From contig NC_058368.1 of NCBI RefSeq assembly GCF_018350175.1, positions 200,634,001 through 200,698,000 of the forward strand: a DNA stretch of 64,000 bases, written 5' to 3'. The translations under genes were made by a program, and so were the position numbers. The notes beneath the pieces were generated by a model that was not told the DNA's origin, searched no databases, and saw only the letters and a list, made by a program, of their open reading frames with translations. Below are positions 13,228 through 26,723 of the stretch, piece by piece (the first letter of the stretch is position 1; each line of letters opens with the position of its first letter). This DNA comes from Felis catus. Its lineage: Eukaryota.

Positions 13228-15228
13228 TTTATTTTTTTATTTTTATTTTTTATATGAAATTTATTGACAAATTGGTTTCCATACAACACCCAGTGCTCAT
13301 CCCAAAAGGTGCCCTCCTCAATACCCATCACCCACCCTCTCCTCCCTCCCACCCCCCATCAACCCTCAGTTTGTTCTCAGTTTTTAACAGTCTCTTATGC
13401 TTTGGCTCTCTCCCACTCTAACCTCTTTTTTTTATTTTTCCTTCCCCTCCCCCATGGGTTCCTGTTAAGTTTCTCAGGATCCACATAAGAGTGAAACCAT
13501 ATGGTATCTGTCTTTCTCTGTATGGCTTATTTCACTTAGCATCACACTCTCCAGTTCCATCCACGTTGCTACAAAAGGCCATATTTCATTTTTTCTCATT
13601 GCCACGTAATATTCCATTGTGTATATAAACCACAATTTCTTTATCCATTCATCAGTTGATTGACATTTAGGCTCTTTCCATAATTTGGCTATTGTTGAGA
13701 GTGCTGCTATGAACATTGGGGTACAAGTGGCCCTATGCATCAGTACTCCTGTATCCCTTGGATAAATTCCTAGCAGTGTTATTGCTGGGTCATAGGATAG
13801 GTCTATTTTTAATTTTCTGAGGAACCTCCACACTGCTTTCCAGAGCAGCTGCACCAATTTGCATTCCCACCAACAGTGCAAGAGGGTTCCCGTTTCTCCA
13901 CATCCTCTCCAGCATCTATAGTCTCCTGATTTGTTCATTTTGGCCACTCTGACTGGCGTGAGGTGATACCTGAGTGTGGTTTTGATTTGTATTTCCCTGA
14001 TAAGGAGCGACGCTGAACATCTTTTCATGTGCCTGTTGGCCATCCGGATGTCTTCTTTAGAGAAGTGTCTATTCATGTTTTCTGCCCATTTCTTCACTGG
14101 GTTATTTGTTTTTCGGGTGTGGAGTTTGGTGAGCTCTTTATAGATTTTGGATACTAGCCCTTTGTCCGATATGTCATTTGCGAATATCTTTTCCCATTCC
14201 GTTGGTTGCCTTTTAGTTTTGTTGGTTGTTTCCTTTGCTGTGCAGAAGCTTTTTATCTTCATAAGGTCCCAGTAATTCACTTTTGCTTTTAATTCCCTTG
14301 CCTTTGGGGATGTGTCGAGTAAGAGATTGCTACGGCTGAGGTCAGAGAGGTCTTTTCCTGCTTTCTCCTCTAAGGTTTTGATGGTTTCCTGTCTCACATT
14401 TAGGTCCTTTATCCATTTGGAGTTTATTTTTGTGAATGGTGTGAGAAAGTGGTCTACTTTCAACCTTCTGCATGTTGCTGTCCAGTTCTCCCAGCACCAT
14501 TTGTTAAAGAGGCTGTCTTTTTTCCATTGGATGTTCTTTCCTGCTTTGTCAAAGATGAGTTGGCCATACGTTTGTGGGTCTAGTTCTGGGGTTTCTATTC
14601 TGTTCCATTTGTCTATGTGTCTGTTTTTGTGCCAATACCATGCTGTCTTGATGATGACAGCTTTGTAGTAGAGGCTAAAGTCTGGGATTGTGATGCCTCC
14701 TGCTTTGGTCTTCTTCTTCAAAATTCCTTTGGCTATCGGGGCCTTTTGTGGTTCCATATGAATTTTAGGATTGCTTGTTCTAGTTTTGAGAAGAATGCTG
14801 GTGCAATTTTGATTGGGATTGCATTGAATGTGTAGATAGCTTTGGGTAGTATTGACATTTTGACAATATTTATTTTTCCAATCCATGAGCAGGGAATGTC
14901 TTTCCATTTCTTTAAATCTTCTTCAATTTCCTTCATAAGCTTTCTATAGTTTTCAGCATACAGATCCTTTACATCTTTGGTTAGATTTATTCCTAGGTAT
15001 TTTATGCTTCTTGGTGCAATTGTGAATGGGATCAGTTTCTTTATTTGTCTTTCTGTTGCTTCATTGTTAGTGTATAAGAATGCAACTGATTTCTGTACAT
15101 TGATTTTGTATCCCGCAACTTTGCTGAATTCCTGTATCAGTTCTAGCAGACTTTTGGTGGAGTCTATCGGATTTTCCATGTATAATATCATGTCATCTGC
15201 AAAAAGCGAAAGCTTGACTTCATCTTTG
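13228..15228 (-). mobile_element. Young 5'-truncated felid L1 (2.0 kb)
   Basis: A-rich tail, G-rich 3' UTR and ORF2 C-terminal part. Perfect 17-bp TSD CCTACAATTCTATTTTT at 13211-13227 and 15229-15245. Confidence 0.98.
13474..15228 (-). pseudogene. L1 ORF2p partial reading frame (RT catalytic motif to C-terminal cysteine-rich domain), one frameshift
   Basis: Starts [21 protein letters not shown] 1-bp loss near 14736 splits HKRPR/IAKGIL. Contains [18 protein letters not shown] and ends HMVSLLCGS*. No start, ORF1 or endonuclease. Confidence 0.95.
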
Positions 15229-15445
15229 CCTACAATTCTATTTTTGACATCAATACCACCTATTTTACCTTTATATATAATTGGGCATGGATGCCTATAT
15301 TCAAAATCATTTTTCTTCTGAAATTTGCATGCATTTCTCCACTATCTTGAAGTAGCCAATGATGCTGTGAGAAGTTTGAAGCTAATGCAATCCTCCTTAT
15401 GCTACAAATAATTTAGTTTATTCTCTGGAGAAACTTTTAGTTTTG

Positions 15446-15653
15446 GGTTTTTTTTAATTTCTAATATTTATTTTTGAGAGACAGAGCACAAGTGGAGGAG
15501 GGGCAGAGAGAGAGGGAGACACAGAATCTGAAGCATGTTCCAGGCTCTGAGCTGTCAGCACAGAGCCCGACATGGGACTCAAACTCACAAACTGTGAGAT
15601 TGTGACCTGAGCTGAAGTCGGATGCTTAACTGACTGAGCCACCCAGGTGCCCC
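15446..15653 (-). mobile_element. Can-SINE (feliform type)
   Basis: Reverse-complement head ends CCCAGGTGCCCC; partial TSD TAGTTTTG. Confidence 0.95.
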
Positions 15654-15749
15654 TAGTTTTGTTTTTATCATGATGCCTAGAAATTTCATTATGGAGTGTC
15701 TAGGTGTGTACGTTTTGTAAACTTCTGCCCCTCATTTTTAGATGGTTTC

Positions 15750-16275
15750 CATTACATTAACCTTCTGATATCACTCTCGTGATTGTTTTCAGATAAAAGA
15801 GATTTTGCAGCTGTAACTAAGGTTACTAATCAGTTGATCTAAGATAGAGAGATTATTTGGGCAGGTGGAAAGTCTCAGCTGGTACCAGAAGTGGAAGTTG
15901 AAGATTTGAAGCATGAGAGGGATTGACAGATTTCTACTGCTGAGCTAGAGGCGACTATGGGGCAAGGCCTTGAGAGTGGCCTCTAGGTGTATGAACAGTC
16001 TACAACCAAGAGTGGACCTCAATCCTACAGCCACAATCAAACTGAATTCTATCACCAACTTGCATGAGCTTGGAAGCAGATTTTTCTCAGCCTATGGATA
16101 AGAGCCGAGCTATTCTGCAGTTTGATTTTGATACTGTAACACCCTAAGCAGAGAATCTATCCAAGCCCAACTGGATTTCTCATCTATAAAACTGTGAGTT
16201 AATAAATGGGTATAATTTCAATTAATCACATTTATAGCATTTTTTTACACAGCAATAGAAAAAAAAAATAATTAC
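15750..16275 (+). mobile_element. MaLR LTR (MLT1E-like)
   Basis: GATTTTGCAGCTGTAACTAAGG...GAGAGATTAT, GAGCTTGGAAGCAGATT, AACTGTGAGTTAATAAATGGG, ACAGCAATAGAAAA terminus. Confidence 0.75.
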
Positions 16276-17299
16276 ACAATTCATCCACTTGGTGGATACA
16301 TTGGATATCTCTTGCACTCTATTCTCTCAGTCTATGCTTAGTTCCATCATTGCTGTGGCAATTAGCTTTGCATAGCTGCCCCTTGTCTTAAATGAGCCTT
16401 GCATCTCTCATTTTCAGAATCAGTCCCCCACTGAGGCTGTGGTGTGGTATGGCCATGGGAATGGATGTGGTAGGTACTCATCTGCACCTTGGAGATAAAA
16501 ATGACTTATAGAGCACCTTTGACCATTGGGGCAGGAGGTAGAAGTAAAATATCTTCCATCCTCTATTCTGTAGTGAATAAATTCATGACATATTCTATAT
16601 GGCTTCTTTAAGGGTTCTCAGAAGGTCAAGTTGCCCACACTTGGCACAACTCAAGAATTTACACTTTTCTTGATTATCAGTCCCCAGCCCTAGTTTGTGC
16701 GATCATCCACCAATATAAACAACCTTTAGGAACCCTCTAGTTTCAGGCTCTGAGTTCAACTGAGGCAGGAGAGGATGGGCAACCACTCTCTTCTATATAT
16801 GTTTTAGGCTCTAGTTTCCTTCTTCTGGAACTTAAGAATTTATTTTGTTATTTTCACTAATATTATGGAACTACAATTATTGTATGTTTTTCAATTATTT
16901 CTTAGAATTTGAGGTGGGAAGATAAGACTGCCAAATATCTGCCAACACAGATTACTCCTGTCCACATGACTCAACCAATGTGAATTATATCACAACTTCC
17001 TGATAGTTTTCCTTTTAACTCTTTTAACACACTAAATATTCCTGAATAGATACCTTTGTTTATTTAAATGAATCCTCTTTCTGTTGCACCCATGTACATG
17101 TGTGAGTGTAGACAAGTCCATGTTCTTAACTGCTGTCTGATCAAACTGAGTTAGAGGACTTTACATGGCATATTTTTAAATATGGTCTTTTATATTCTTT
17201 CTTAATATGTCTTTACACAATTATCTAAAGAGTAAGAGGAAAATACTACTTATATTTACCATTGTAACCTCTCTATATTCATCATCCTAACTGGCCAAT

Positions 17300-17560
17300 A
17301 CCCGGGAAGCCTAAGATGGTTTAGCTGTATTTGAGATACCCAAATTTATGGCAGATACTGGGAGTTACCTACAAAGCTGATGTATTCCTGGGCCTCTTCT
17401 CCCCAGGGAGAATTCTCTCTAGTTCAAATTAATCATGGCATGTTCATTCCCCTTTCCAGGTATAGAATTTGGTATTTGACCCAAATGTTACAAATTAGAA
17501 TTATGGGGACATTTGTTGTGGGGCTTCTAGAAAAATTCTCCTTCCCTCAACACATGAACA
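17300..17560 (+). mobile_element. Ancient MaLR LTR fragment (MLT1J/K-like)
   Basis: AATCATGGCATGTTCATTCCCCTTTCCAG...TGACCCAAAT...GGGGCTTCTAGAAAAATT pattern. Confidence 0.45.
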
Positions 17561-17605
17561 GAAGTAAGAGATTCCCTTCTAATTTTTATTCAAGTAATGT
17601 TCTTT

Positions 17606-18537
17606 TTAATAAGTAGGCTTGATTTTTTAGAGTAGTTTTAGGTTTATAGAAAAATTGAGTGGACCATACAGAAAATTCCTGTATACCCCCTCCTCCTCTC
17701 CCCTACTACATGATTTACATTAAAGTTCAGTCTTTGTGTTATATATTCTATGCATTTTGACAAATGTATGGAGTATACCTACCGATATCACATCATACAG
17801 AACAGCTTCATTGCCTTAAAAATCTTGTACTCTACCTATTCATCTCTCTTTTCCCCATTCCCCCAAGAACCTGGAAACTATAGATCTTTTCTACTGTCTC
17901 CATAGTTTTTCTCTGTCCAGAATGTCATATAGCTGGAAAAATACATTGTGTAGCCTTTTCAGACTTAGCAATATGAATTTAAAGTTCCTCCATGTCTTTG
18001 TGGCTTGATGACTCATTTCTTTTTAACATTGAAAATATTCTATTGTCCATGTTTACTACAGTTTATTTGTCCACTCACTTAGTAAAGGACATCTTGGTAG
18101 CTTCTGAGTTTGGGCCATTATGAACAAAGTTACTATAAATATCTGTGTGCAGGTATTCGTATGAACATTGTTTTCAATCCATTTGGGTAGATACCAAGGA
18201 GTGTGATTGCTGGATCATATGATCAAGGTATATTTAGTTTTGTTAAGAAACCTCCAATTGTCTTCCAAAGAATCTGAACCATTTTGCATTCCCATCAGCA
18301 ATGATTGGAAAGTTCCTGTTCCTTCACATCCTCACCAGCATTTGGTGTCAGTGTTTCGGATTTTAGCCATTCCAATAGGTATAGTGGCTTTTCATTGTTG
18401 TTTAATATACTGTTAAGTACTGACATCTGTTGTTGAATATCTTTTCATATGCTTATTTGGTATCTATATATCTTTTTTGGTTAAGTGTATGTTCAGATTT
18501 TTTACACAATTTTTAAAAATTTTTTAATGTTTATATT

Positions 18538-18571
<34 letters not shown>

Positions 18572-19560
18572 TGCACGAGCATGAGTGGGGAAGGGGCAGA
18601 GAGACAGAGACAGAGACAGAATCTGAAGTAGGCTCCAGGCTCTGTGCAGGCTCTGAGCTGTCAGCACAGAGCTTGATACAGGGCTCGAACTCAAGAGCCA
18701 TAGTCAGACGCTTAACCCTGTGAGCTACCCAGGCACCCTTCCCAATTTTTAATCAAGTTGTTTGTTTTCTCATTGTTGAGTTATATATTTTGGATACCAA
18801 TCCTTTATCAAATTTATCAGATTTTTACCCCAATCTGTAACTTGTCTCCTCTTTTATTCAACAGTCTGTTGCAGAGTATAAGTTTTTAATTTTGATGAAG
18901 TCCAACTAATCAAAAGTCCAGCTTTTTCATTCACAGATCATGCTTTTTTATGTTGTGTTAAACACTAATTGCAAAACCCAAGGTTACTTAAGTGTTCTAT
19001 GTTCTCTTCCAGGAGTTTTGTAGATTTGCATTTCACACTTAGGTCTATATACATTTTGTGCTAATTTTTGTGAAAGGTGTAAGGTCTGTGTCTAGATTCT
19101 TTTTTTTTTTTTTTTTTTTTTTGCACGTGGATGTCCAGTTGTCTCCATTACTTGTTGAAAAAACTACCCTTTTATTTGAATTGCTTTTGTTAATTTTTCA
19201 AAATATAGTTGCTTATATTTGTTTGAGGCTATGTGTGGACCCTCTATTTTCATTAACCTTATCTATCTATTCATTTACCAATACCACGCTGTCTTAATTA
19301 CTATAGATTTACAGAAAACCTTGAAGTTGGGTAGAGTCAGTCATCCAACTTTGTTCCTCTTTCTCAATTCTGTGTCAGCTATTCTGGGTCTTTTGTCTTT
19401 CCATACATACTTTACAATCAGTTTGTGGATAATTACAAACTAAGTTGCTAGAATTTTGATTGAGATTATTGTTGAATCCATAGATCAAATTCAGAAGAAC
19501 CAATATCTTAACAATATTGAGTCTTCCTATTCATGAATATGGAATATCTCTCCATTTATT
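17606..19560 (-). mobile_element. L1MB-like element (3' UTR plus decayed ORF2 C-terminus)
   Basis: TTTTTAGAGTAGTTTTAGGTTTATAGAAAAATTGAG 3' end; ATACCAAGGAGTGTGATTGCTGGATCATATG; antisense ORF2 through TCTTAACAATATTGAGTCTTCC. Confidence 0.88.
18517..18738 (-). mobile_element. Can-SINE inside L1MB
   Basis: (GA)n and SINE body, with a small internal duplication (CAGGCTCTG x2) and a deletion; TSD about CAATTTTTAA. Confidence 0.93.
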
Positions 19561-19574
19561 TAAACCATTGCTTT

Positions 19575-19787
19575 AAATTTTTTTTAATGTTTATTTATTT
19601 TTGAAGGTGAGGAGACAGACTGTGAGCAGGGGAGGGGTAGAGAGAGAGGGAGATACAGAGTCCGAAGCAGGCTCCAGGTTCTCAGCTGTCAGCACAGAGC
19701 CTGACATGGGGCTCGAACCCACTAGCTGTGTGATCATGACCTGAGCTGAAGTTGGACTCTTAACTGACTGAACCACCAAGGCGCCCC
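19575..19787 (-). mobile_element. Can-SINE (feliform type)
   Basis: Full body; degenerate TSD TARAYCATTGCTTT at 19561 and 19788. Confidence 0.95.
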
Positions 19788-21611
19788 TAGATCATTGCTT
19801 TTAAAGTAGGTCTTCTGGTACTCTTGCAGCCCTTACTTTGTGGGCAATGGAAAATTTGTGTTAATTGCAAGAGTATGTTGCTTCTGGGTCCCTGACTTGG
19901 ATTACACACTGAAATCTTATTTTGATTTAGCTCCTGCATGTACTAGTGATATTACAGGGTCAGATCTGATTGTACCAACACTTTCTACTGTACCCTCTGG
20001 ATCCAAAACCTTACTGCCTCTGCATTCTTCACTGAACTGCCTTTTGTGATTCATTAGGTTTGCTCTTGTTAAAATTCTTCACATTCATAGTTTTCCTTAC
20101 AGTCTTATGGGTTCACTCACTCCTCACGTTAGCAGGCTATGCTAACGTGAATACAAGGAGGGAAGTGAGAGTGTGAAAGGGAAAGCTAGAGGGTGAAAGA
20201 TCTCCAACACCTGTGTGTGGGTTATTATTTACACTCTGAGTCTGCTTCAGCAAGCTTAGTAATGTTCACTGTCCTACAGTTTGCCATAAAGTTAGCCACT
20301 GAGGCAGTGTTTTGTGGATATCCTAGTCTGGAGATTCAAAGACTTAAGGAGAATAAAAATCCTGTTAGATAACAATAGCAATAATCCCTAAGTAAGTAAA
20401 ATAAAACAAAAGTTATATGAAGGTTGAGAATCACTTCACTCTTATAGAAGTATAAACTTTCTAGCTAAAATCAATGGTAAATAACCAGAAAAAGACAATC
20501 CCCATAGTATTTTTGTGAGTTGGATAAGAATTCTATTTTATGCCAGCTCTGCCTGTGAATGGTGTCATTTATTGCAAAACATTTCCAAGACATTATTACA
20601 TTGACAAAGAAAATGGGTCATGTGTAAATTGTTTACCTTAATATCAGTAACCACGTTTGAAATGCATTAAAAATTGCCCCAGCTTGAGATTTTATTTAGG
20701 ATTGCTATTTTTTCCTCCATGAACCAAATGAGATTATAAATCTTCTAGAAAACAACCCATATGTATCCATATAAACAGCTAGATTTTCTGCATTTGCTCC
20801 ACGTGCTGCAGAAAAATAAGAACTCTGACAAATTCTAGAAAGACAGATATCAATGTTGACATCCAGCTTCATTTTCCTACTGAACTAAATTATCCTGGTC
20901 ACCAACTAAGAACAAGGTCACCACAGCAGAATTTTGCTTAATAATCCTTGCCTGAAACCACCCTATGACTTAATCTTCCACGACAAAACTTTCTAAAACC
21001 TGAATGCTCGAGATACCAGGACATTCTACATGAATAAATCCATTTGTTAAGTGGCAAATTTCTAATGAATTCAATTTGGTGTTTAATCCCAACAGATTTT
21101 CATGATCTTTGAGGGGAATTTGATGTTAATTATAAATATGCATTATGTGTTTGTTTAACACTACTAGAATTTTTATGCAACTTTATAGTTTTTAAGAATC
21201 TTAGAGATATTTCCTCTTCAATGTATATTGTTGTATCTTTTTATATTTTTTTGCTATAGATGTTGTTAATTGGTACATTCATTAATCAATTCCCCTACTT
21301 TATCTATTCTCAGTCCCAATATCGTGTTTTTAATTGATACTTTATAATATAGTTTGATAACTGTTAACTGTTCTTCGTATTGAAAGATTGCTTCATCAAT
21401 TTTTCCCTTTTATTTTTTTCACAACTTGTTGCATTATAAGCAAAATTTCTGTTGTGATTTTCATATAGGTTGTACTAAAAATTTGGTGAAAATAGTTCGG
21501 TAGTGGTGAATCATCCCATCAAGAAACCACATTATTTTATATGTATTCAATTCTATTTATACATTTAGAGATAGGCATAAGAGGAAGAATGCTCTCAGTA
21601 TCATTTCTTTT

Positions 21612-21761
21612 GGGGCACCCAAGTGGCCTAGCTGATTAAGTGACAGACTCTTGAAGCCAGACCACGTCATTATCCCAGGGTCATGGGAATAGAGCCCCTC
21701 GTGAGGCTCTGCACTGAGCGTGGCACCTGCTTAACATTCTCTCTCTCTACCCCTCCACTCT

Positions 21762-21805
<44 letters not shown>

Positions 21806-21834
21806 ATTCTCAAAAATAAAAATTAAAAAAAAAA
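21612..21834 (+). mobile_element. Older, diverged Can-SINE with long (CT)n
   Basis: GGGGCACCCAAGTGGC head, GACTCTTG, long CT run, A tail. Confidence 0.88.
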
Positions 21835-23164
21835 TTGACTCTTTCAGGATTGAATAAAGAAAAGGGAATCAAGAAAAAAAATAAAGGCTATACAATGTGT
21901 TTTTTCTAAATAAACAAGAATATTTATTTGTTGAGTCCATTTGTGTAAGTTATATATATTATTGGATATATGTATAGACAGAGGGTGTGAATTTTACCAA
22001 TATGTTAATTATAATTGAGGGGGATAGTAGATTTAATAAGAAGGATGTTTTTATTTTCTAACTCATGTTTTAAATTTCTGAAATGTGTATAGAATATTTT
22101 GTATAATGAAGAAATATAAAGCTATCTTATACTATACTATACTGATATAATATACTATAATGTGCTATAAATTATGGCTATAAATTAACCATTTGCTTTA
22201 TTCTATTTTTATTATTTTTTCAAGTATATATTAAAATAAGTATTTTACTTTTTCTAATTCCATTTCAACATCTATTAAAATAATGTATTTTATATCATTT
22301 AATTTTTAATGTTAGAAATCCTTGATACATTTTTAATATTGAACCATTCCTGTATTCCTGAGATAAACTGCATTTGGTTATTATATTTTATTATTTTATA
22401 CAATGATAAATATTAGTTGCTAATACTTGATTTGTAAAATTTGCATTGATATTCATAACTTGCATTACTTTAAAAATATTATACTTACCTTTTTGAATTG
22501 GTAGCCAGTCAAAAAGTCAAAACACATTTCCATCTTTTTTTCTAGGATGGGGAATACTTTAATGATAAAGAAATAATCCCCTTCCTCAAAATTAGCTAAA
22601 GCTCACTGTAAAACATTCATGTCCTGGTGCCCTTTTAAGAGGTATATTCTTGACTGCTATACATTTTTTTCCTTTTACAGGGAATTTTGACTTCTTAATT
22701 TTTCAGAAAAGAGGTGGCTAATCTAGGTAGATGATTTTCAACTTGGACATCCCTTGGAGGATGTTGGAAATATGTGGAGGCATTATTGACTTTTACCATG
22801 ACTAGGTGGGAACAATAGATAGTGATGAATTACTGACATAGTGAACACCATCCAATATATAGGGGTGTGTTACACATACACAACCCAAAAGCAATTATCA
22901 CACTCAAAATTACACTCTTTGAGAGACCTAGCCTTACATATGCAAATTAGTTGATGTAATGTTATACTTGATATTCTTTTATACATTTAAACATACAGAG
23001 TTCATTTCAGTTGTGTCCATATATATACTTTTTAGTGCTTTTCTTTTGCCTGTTTAAAATCTCTATCAGACTTGCAAAAGGTTTGTACTATAAGTTGCGG
23101 TTGTATTTTACAAAATCATCTTTTGTTTGAATTCTGTATTTCTGCTCTTCACTCTGTCAACAAT

Positions 23165-23945
23165 TTTTATTTTGAGATAACACAAAATATCAATATCAAA
23201 GCCAGAACACTGACATTGGTTATCATTCCTTAGCTTTATTCATATGTTACCAATTTTATATGCAATCATTTTTGTGTGTGTGTGTGTGTATGTGTGTATG
23301 CATGTTTAGTTTTATACATTTTTATCATATATGTACATTCAGGTGACCACCACTACAGTGAAGATGTAGAACAGTTCCATCATGAGTAGCTACAGTCACC
23401 CCCATCCTTCCATTAATCCCAAGCTAGCCACTGGCAACCATTAAGCTATTCTCCATCTCTATTCTTTTGTCATTTCAATTCAACATTGGCATATAAATAA
23501 AGTTATTTATATTATTTATTTGGTATTCGCTTTGGTGTATCATTTTGGGGGCATTGCCTTTTTTTTCCAGTGAGCATAATTCCCTTGAATTCTATCCAAG
23601 TTCTTCTATGTATGAGTGGTACATCTTTCATATTGCTAAGTAGTATTCCATGGTATGAATGTATAACATTTTGTTTAACCATTCACAGATTGGTGGCATT
23701 GGTTGTTCAAAGTTTGACTTTTTTGAATAAAGCTGCTATGAAAATTCATGTTGGGTTTTTTTGTGTTTTCTTATCTTTGGGACAAGTGTTCAAATTTATA
23801 ATTGCTGGATCATATAAGGAAGTATTTTGATTATAAGAATCTACAACACTCTTTTCCAAAGTGATTGTAACATTTTATATTCTCAACAGTAATGTTCAAG
23901 TGATGCCGTTTTTCTGCGTTCTTGATAGTACTGTTGTTGTCATTA
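23165..23945 (-). mobile_element. L1MC-like 3' region
   Basis: AATAAAGCTGCTATGAAAATTCATG, ATTGCTGGATCATAT and TTTTCCAAAGTGATTGTAACATTTTATATTC are antisense L1 3' motifs. Confidence 0.75.
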
Positions 23946-24287
23946 TTTGTTTCTTTGTTTTAATAGACTTTATTTTTTAGAACAGTTTTAAGTTTATAGC
24001 AGTTCGGTAGAATTTACAGAGATTTTTCATATACACACTGCCCCACACATGCCTAATCTCTTTCACTATCAACATTTTCCATGACAGTGATACATTTGTT
24101 TAAATGATGAACCTACATTAATTCATCATTGTCACCCATAGTTCATAATTTACAGTAGGGTTCAGTTTCAACTGCTTTGGATAAATACCAAGGAGTGTAA
24201 TTTCTGCATTATATGTTAAAAGTATGTTTAGTTTTATACGAAATTACCAAACCATCTTTCAAAATGATTGCACCATTTCATATTTTC

Positions 24288-24462
24288 TTTTAAAAAATTT
24301 TTTTTAACTTTATTACTTTGAGAGAGACAGAGACAGCATGAGTGGGGGAAGGGCAGCTAGAGAGGGATCGATGTAGGGCTCAGTCCCACAAAGCTGTGAG
24401 ATCATGACCTGAACTGAAATCAAGAGTCGGACACTAAACCAACTGAGCCACCCAGGCGCCCC
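24288..24462 (-). mobile_element. Can-SINE, internally deleted
   Basis: TSD CCATTTCATATTTTC at 24273-24287 and 24461-24475. Confidence 0.93.
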
Positions 24463-25050
24463 ATTTCATATTTTCACTAGCAATAAATGTAAGCCCTTGT
24501 TGCTTCATATCCTGGCTAGCATTTGGTAATGTCAGTGTTCTGGATTTTGGCCATTCTGATAGTTGTGTAGTGGTATCCCGTTGTTGTCTTAATTTTAACT
24601 TCTCTGGTAACATATGATGTGGAACATCTTTTTATATGTTTATTTGCCATTTATGTATCTTCTTTGGAGATGGCTGTTAAGACCTTTGGACCATGTTTTA
24701 GTTGAATTGTTTATATTCTTACTGTTAAATTTTAAAGGTTTTTTGGTATATTTTAGATTTTGGTCTTTTATATGATATATTTTTGCAAAGATTTTCTCCC
24801 AGCATGTGGCTAGTCTTTATTCTCATGACAGTATTTTTCACAAAGTAGAAAATTTTAATTTTAATGAAGTTCACCGTGTCAGTTTTATTTTTTGAGATTA
24901 TATTTTTGGTGTTGCATCTAAAAAGCCATTGCCAAACTCAGGCATCTATATTTTCTTCTATATAGTCTGCTGAGAGATTTATAGTTTTCCATTTTCCATT
25001 TACATCTTTTATACATTTTTTGCGAAGGTGTATGATGTCGTCTAAGATAA

Positions 25051-25097
25051 TTTTTTAAATTAAACTAAATTTTTCAAAGTTTAGTTTTGAGAGAGAG

Positions 25098-25141
<44 letters not shown>

Positions 25142-25302
25142 TGATCATGAGCAAAGGAGGGGCAGAGAGAAAAGGGGACAGAAGATCTGAAGCAGGGTCT
25201 GCACTGAAAGAGAGAGCCTGATGTGGGTCCAGAACTAATGAATGTGTGATCATGACCTGAGCTGAAGTCAGACACGTAACCACCTGAGCCTCCCAGGTGC
25301 CT
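25051..25302 (-). mobile_element. Can-SINE with long (GA)n
   Basis: GATCATGACCTGAGCTGAAGTC...CCCAGGTGCC body. Confidence 0.92.
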
Positions 25303-26261
25303 CTAGGTTCATTCTTTTAACCTGTAGATGCACGGTTGTTCCAGCACCATTCATTGAAAAGCTTATCTTTTCTCCAGTGTATTGCCTTTGTGCCATTATC
25401 AAAGGTCAGTTGACTCTATGTGAGTCTATTTCTGGGCTCTACTCTGTTTCATCGATCTGTTTGTGATTTCACTAATACTATGTTGTTTTGATTATTGTAG
25501 CTTTATAGTATGTCTGAAAGTTGGATAGTGTCAGCCCTCCAACTTTAATCTTCTCCTTCAATATTGTGTTGGATATACTGGGTCTTTTTTCTCTATACAT
25601 AAACTTTAGAATCAGTTTGTCAATATCTATGAAATAACTTCCTTGAGATTTTGATTGAAATTGTATTGGAATATACAGATCAAGCTGAAAACACTTGACG
25701 TTTTGCCAATATTGTGGCTATCTTCGAATGGAATATCTTTCCATTTATTTAACTCTTCTTTAACTTATTTCATCAGTGTTTTGTAATGTCCCTCATATAG
25801 ATTTTTTTTGCAATACACATTTCCAGCTAATGTAAGTCCACTTTCAAATAACATTATACTGCTTTACAAGTAATGCAAGTACTTTTTAATAATAAAATTA
25901 CTCTAATTCTTCTATCTTGTCCCTTGTATCACTACTGTCATTTATTCATAATACCATATATATGCATACATTATGTATATAGAGATAAATTTGAATATAT
26001 TGCTGCTATTATTATTTGGAGCACTGTCACTTGTTAGATCAACTAAAAATAAGAAAAAATACAAGTTTTTATTTTACCTTCACTATTGATTTTCTGATGT
26101 TTTCTTTTCTCTTTATGTGGATCCACATTTCTGACTTGTATTATTATCCTTCTCTCTAAAGAACTTCTTTAGAGAATCTTACAAGGTGGACCCGCTGGCA
26201 ACAGATTTCTCAGTTTTTGTTTCTTGTTTGTCTGAAGAAGTCTTTATTTCTCTTTCAGTTT

Positions 26262-26468
26262 AAAAAAATTTTTTAACATTTATTTATTTTTGAGAGACAG
26301 AGCATGAATGGGGGAGGAGCAGAGAGAGAGGGAGACACAGACCCGAAGCAGGCTGCAGGCTCTGAGCTGTCAGCACAGAGCCCGATGCGGGGCTCAAACC
26401 CATGAATGGTGAGATCATGACTTGAGCCAAAGTCGGATGCTTAACTGACTGATTCACCCAGGCACCCC
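26262..26468 (-). mobile_element. Can-SINE (left member of head-to-head pair 1)
   Basis: Full body; degenerate TSD TCTCTTTCAGTTT / TCTCCTTCGATTT. Confidence 0.95.
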
Positions 26469-26498
26469 TCTCCTTCGATTTTTAAACATAAATTTTCA

Positions 26499-26665
26499 GG
26501 GGAGCCTGGCTCAGTTGGTTAAGCATCTGGCTTCAGCTCAGGTCATGATTTCGCAGTTTGTGGGTTCAAACCTCACATCAGGCTCTGTGCTGACAGCTCA
26601 GAGCCTGGAGCCTGCTTCGGATTCTGTGTCTCCCTCTCTCTCTGCCCCTCTCCCACTCACCTCTG

Positions 26666-26698
<33 letters not shown>

Positions 26699-26723
26699 TA
26701 AAAATAAACATTAAAAATTAAAA
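26499..26723 (+). mobile_element. Can-SINE (right member of head-to-head pair 1)
   Basis: TSD AAACATAAWTTTTCAG at 26484 and 26724. Confidence 0.95.

Larger units (their letters stand above)
23955..25800 (-). mobile_element. L1MB-like element (3' UTR plus ORF2 C-terminus), two SINE insertions
   Basis: TAATAGACTTTATTTTTTAGAACAGTTTTAAG 3' end; GTTGTTCCAGCACCATTCATTGAAAAG and other antisense ORF2 motifs. Confidence 0.88.

Noticed and set aside
14312..15321. Plus-strand ORFs of 72-118 aa
   Set aside because: Antisense frames of L1 ORF2.
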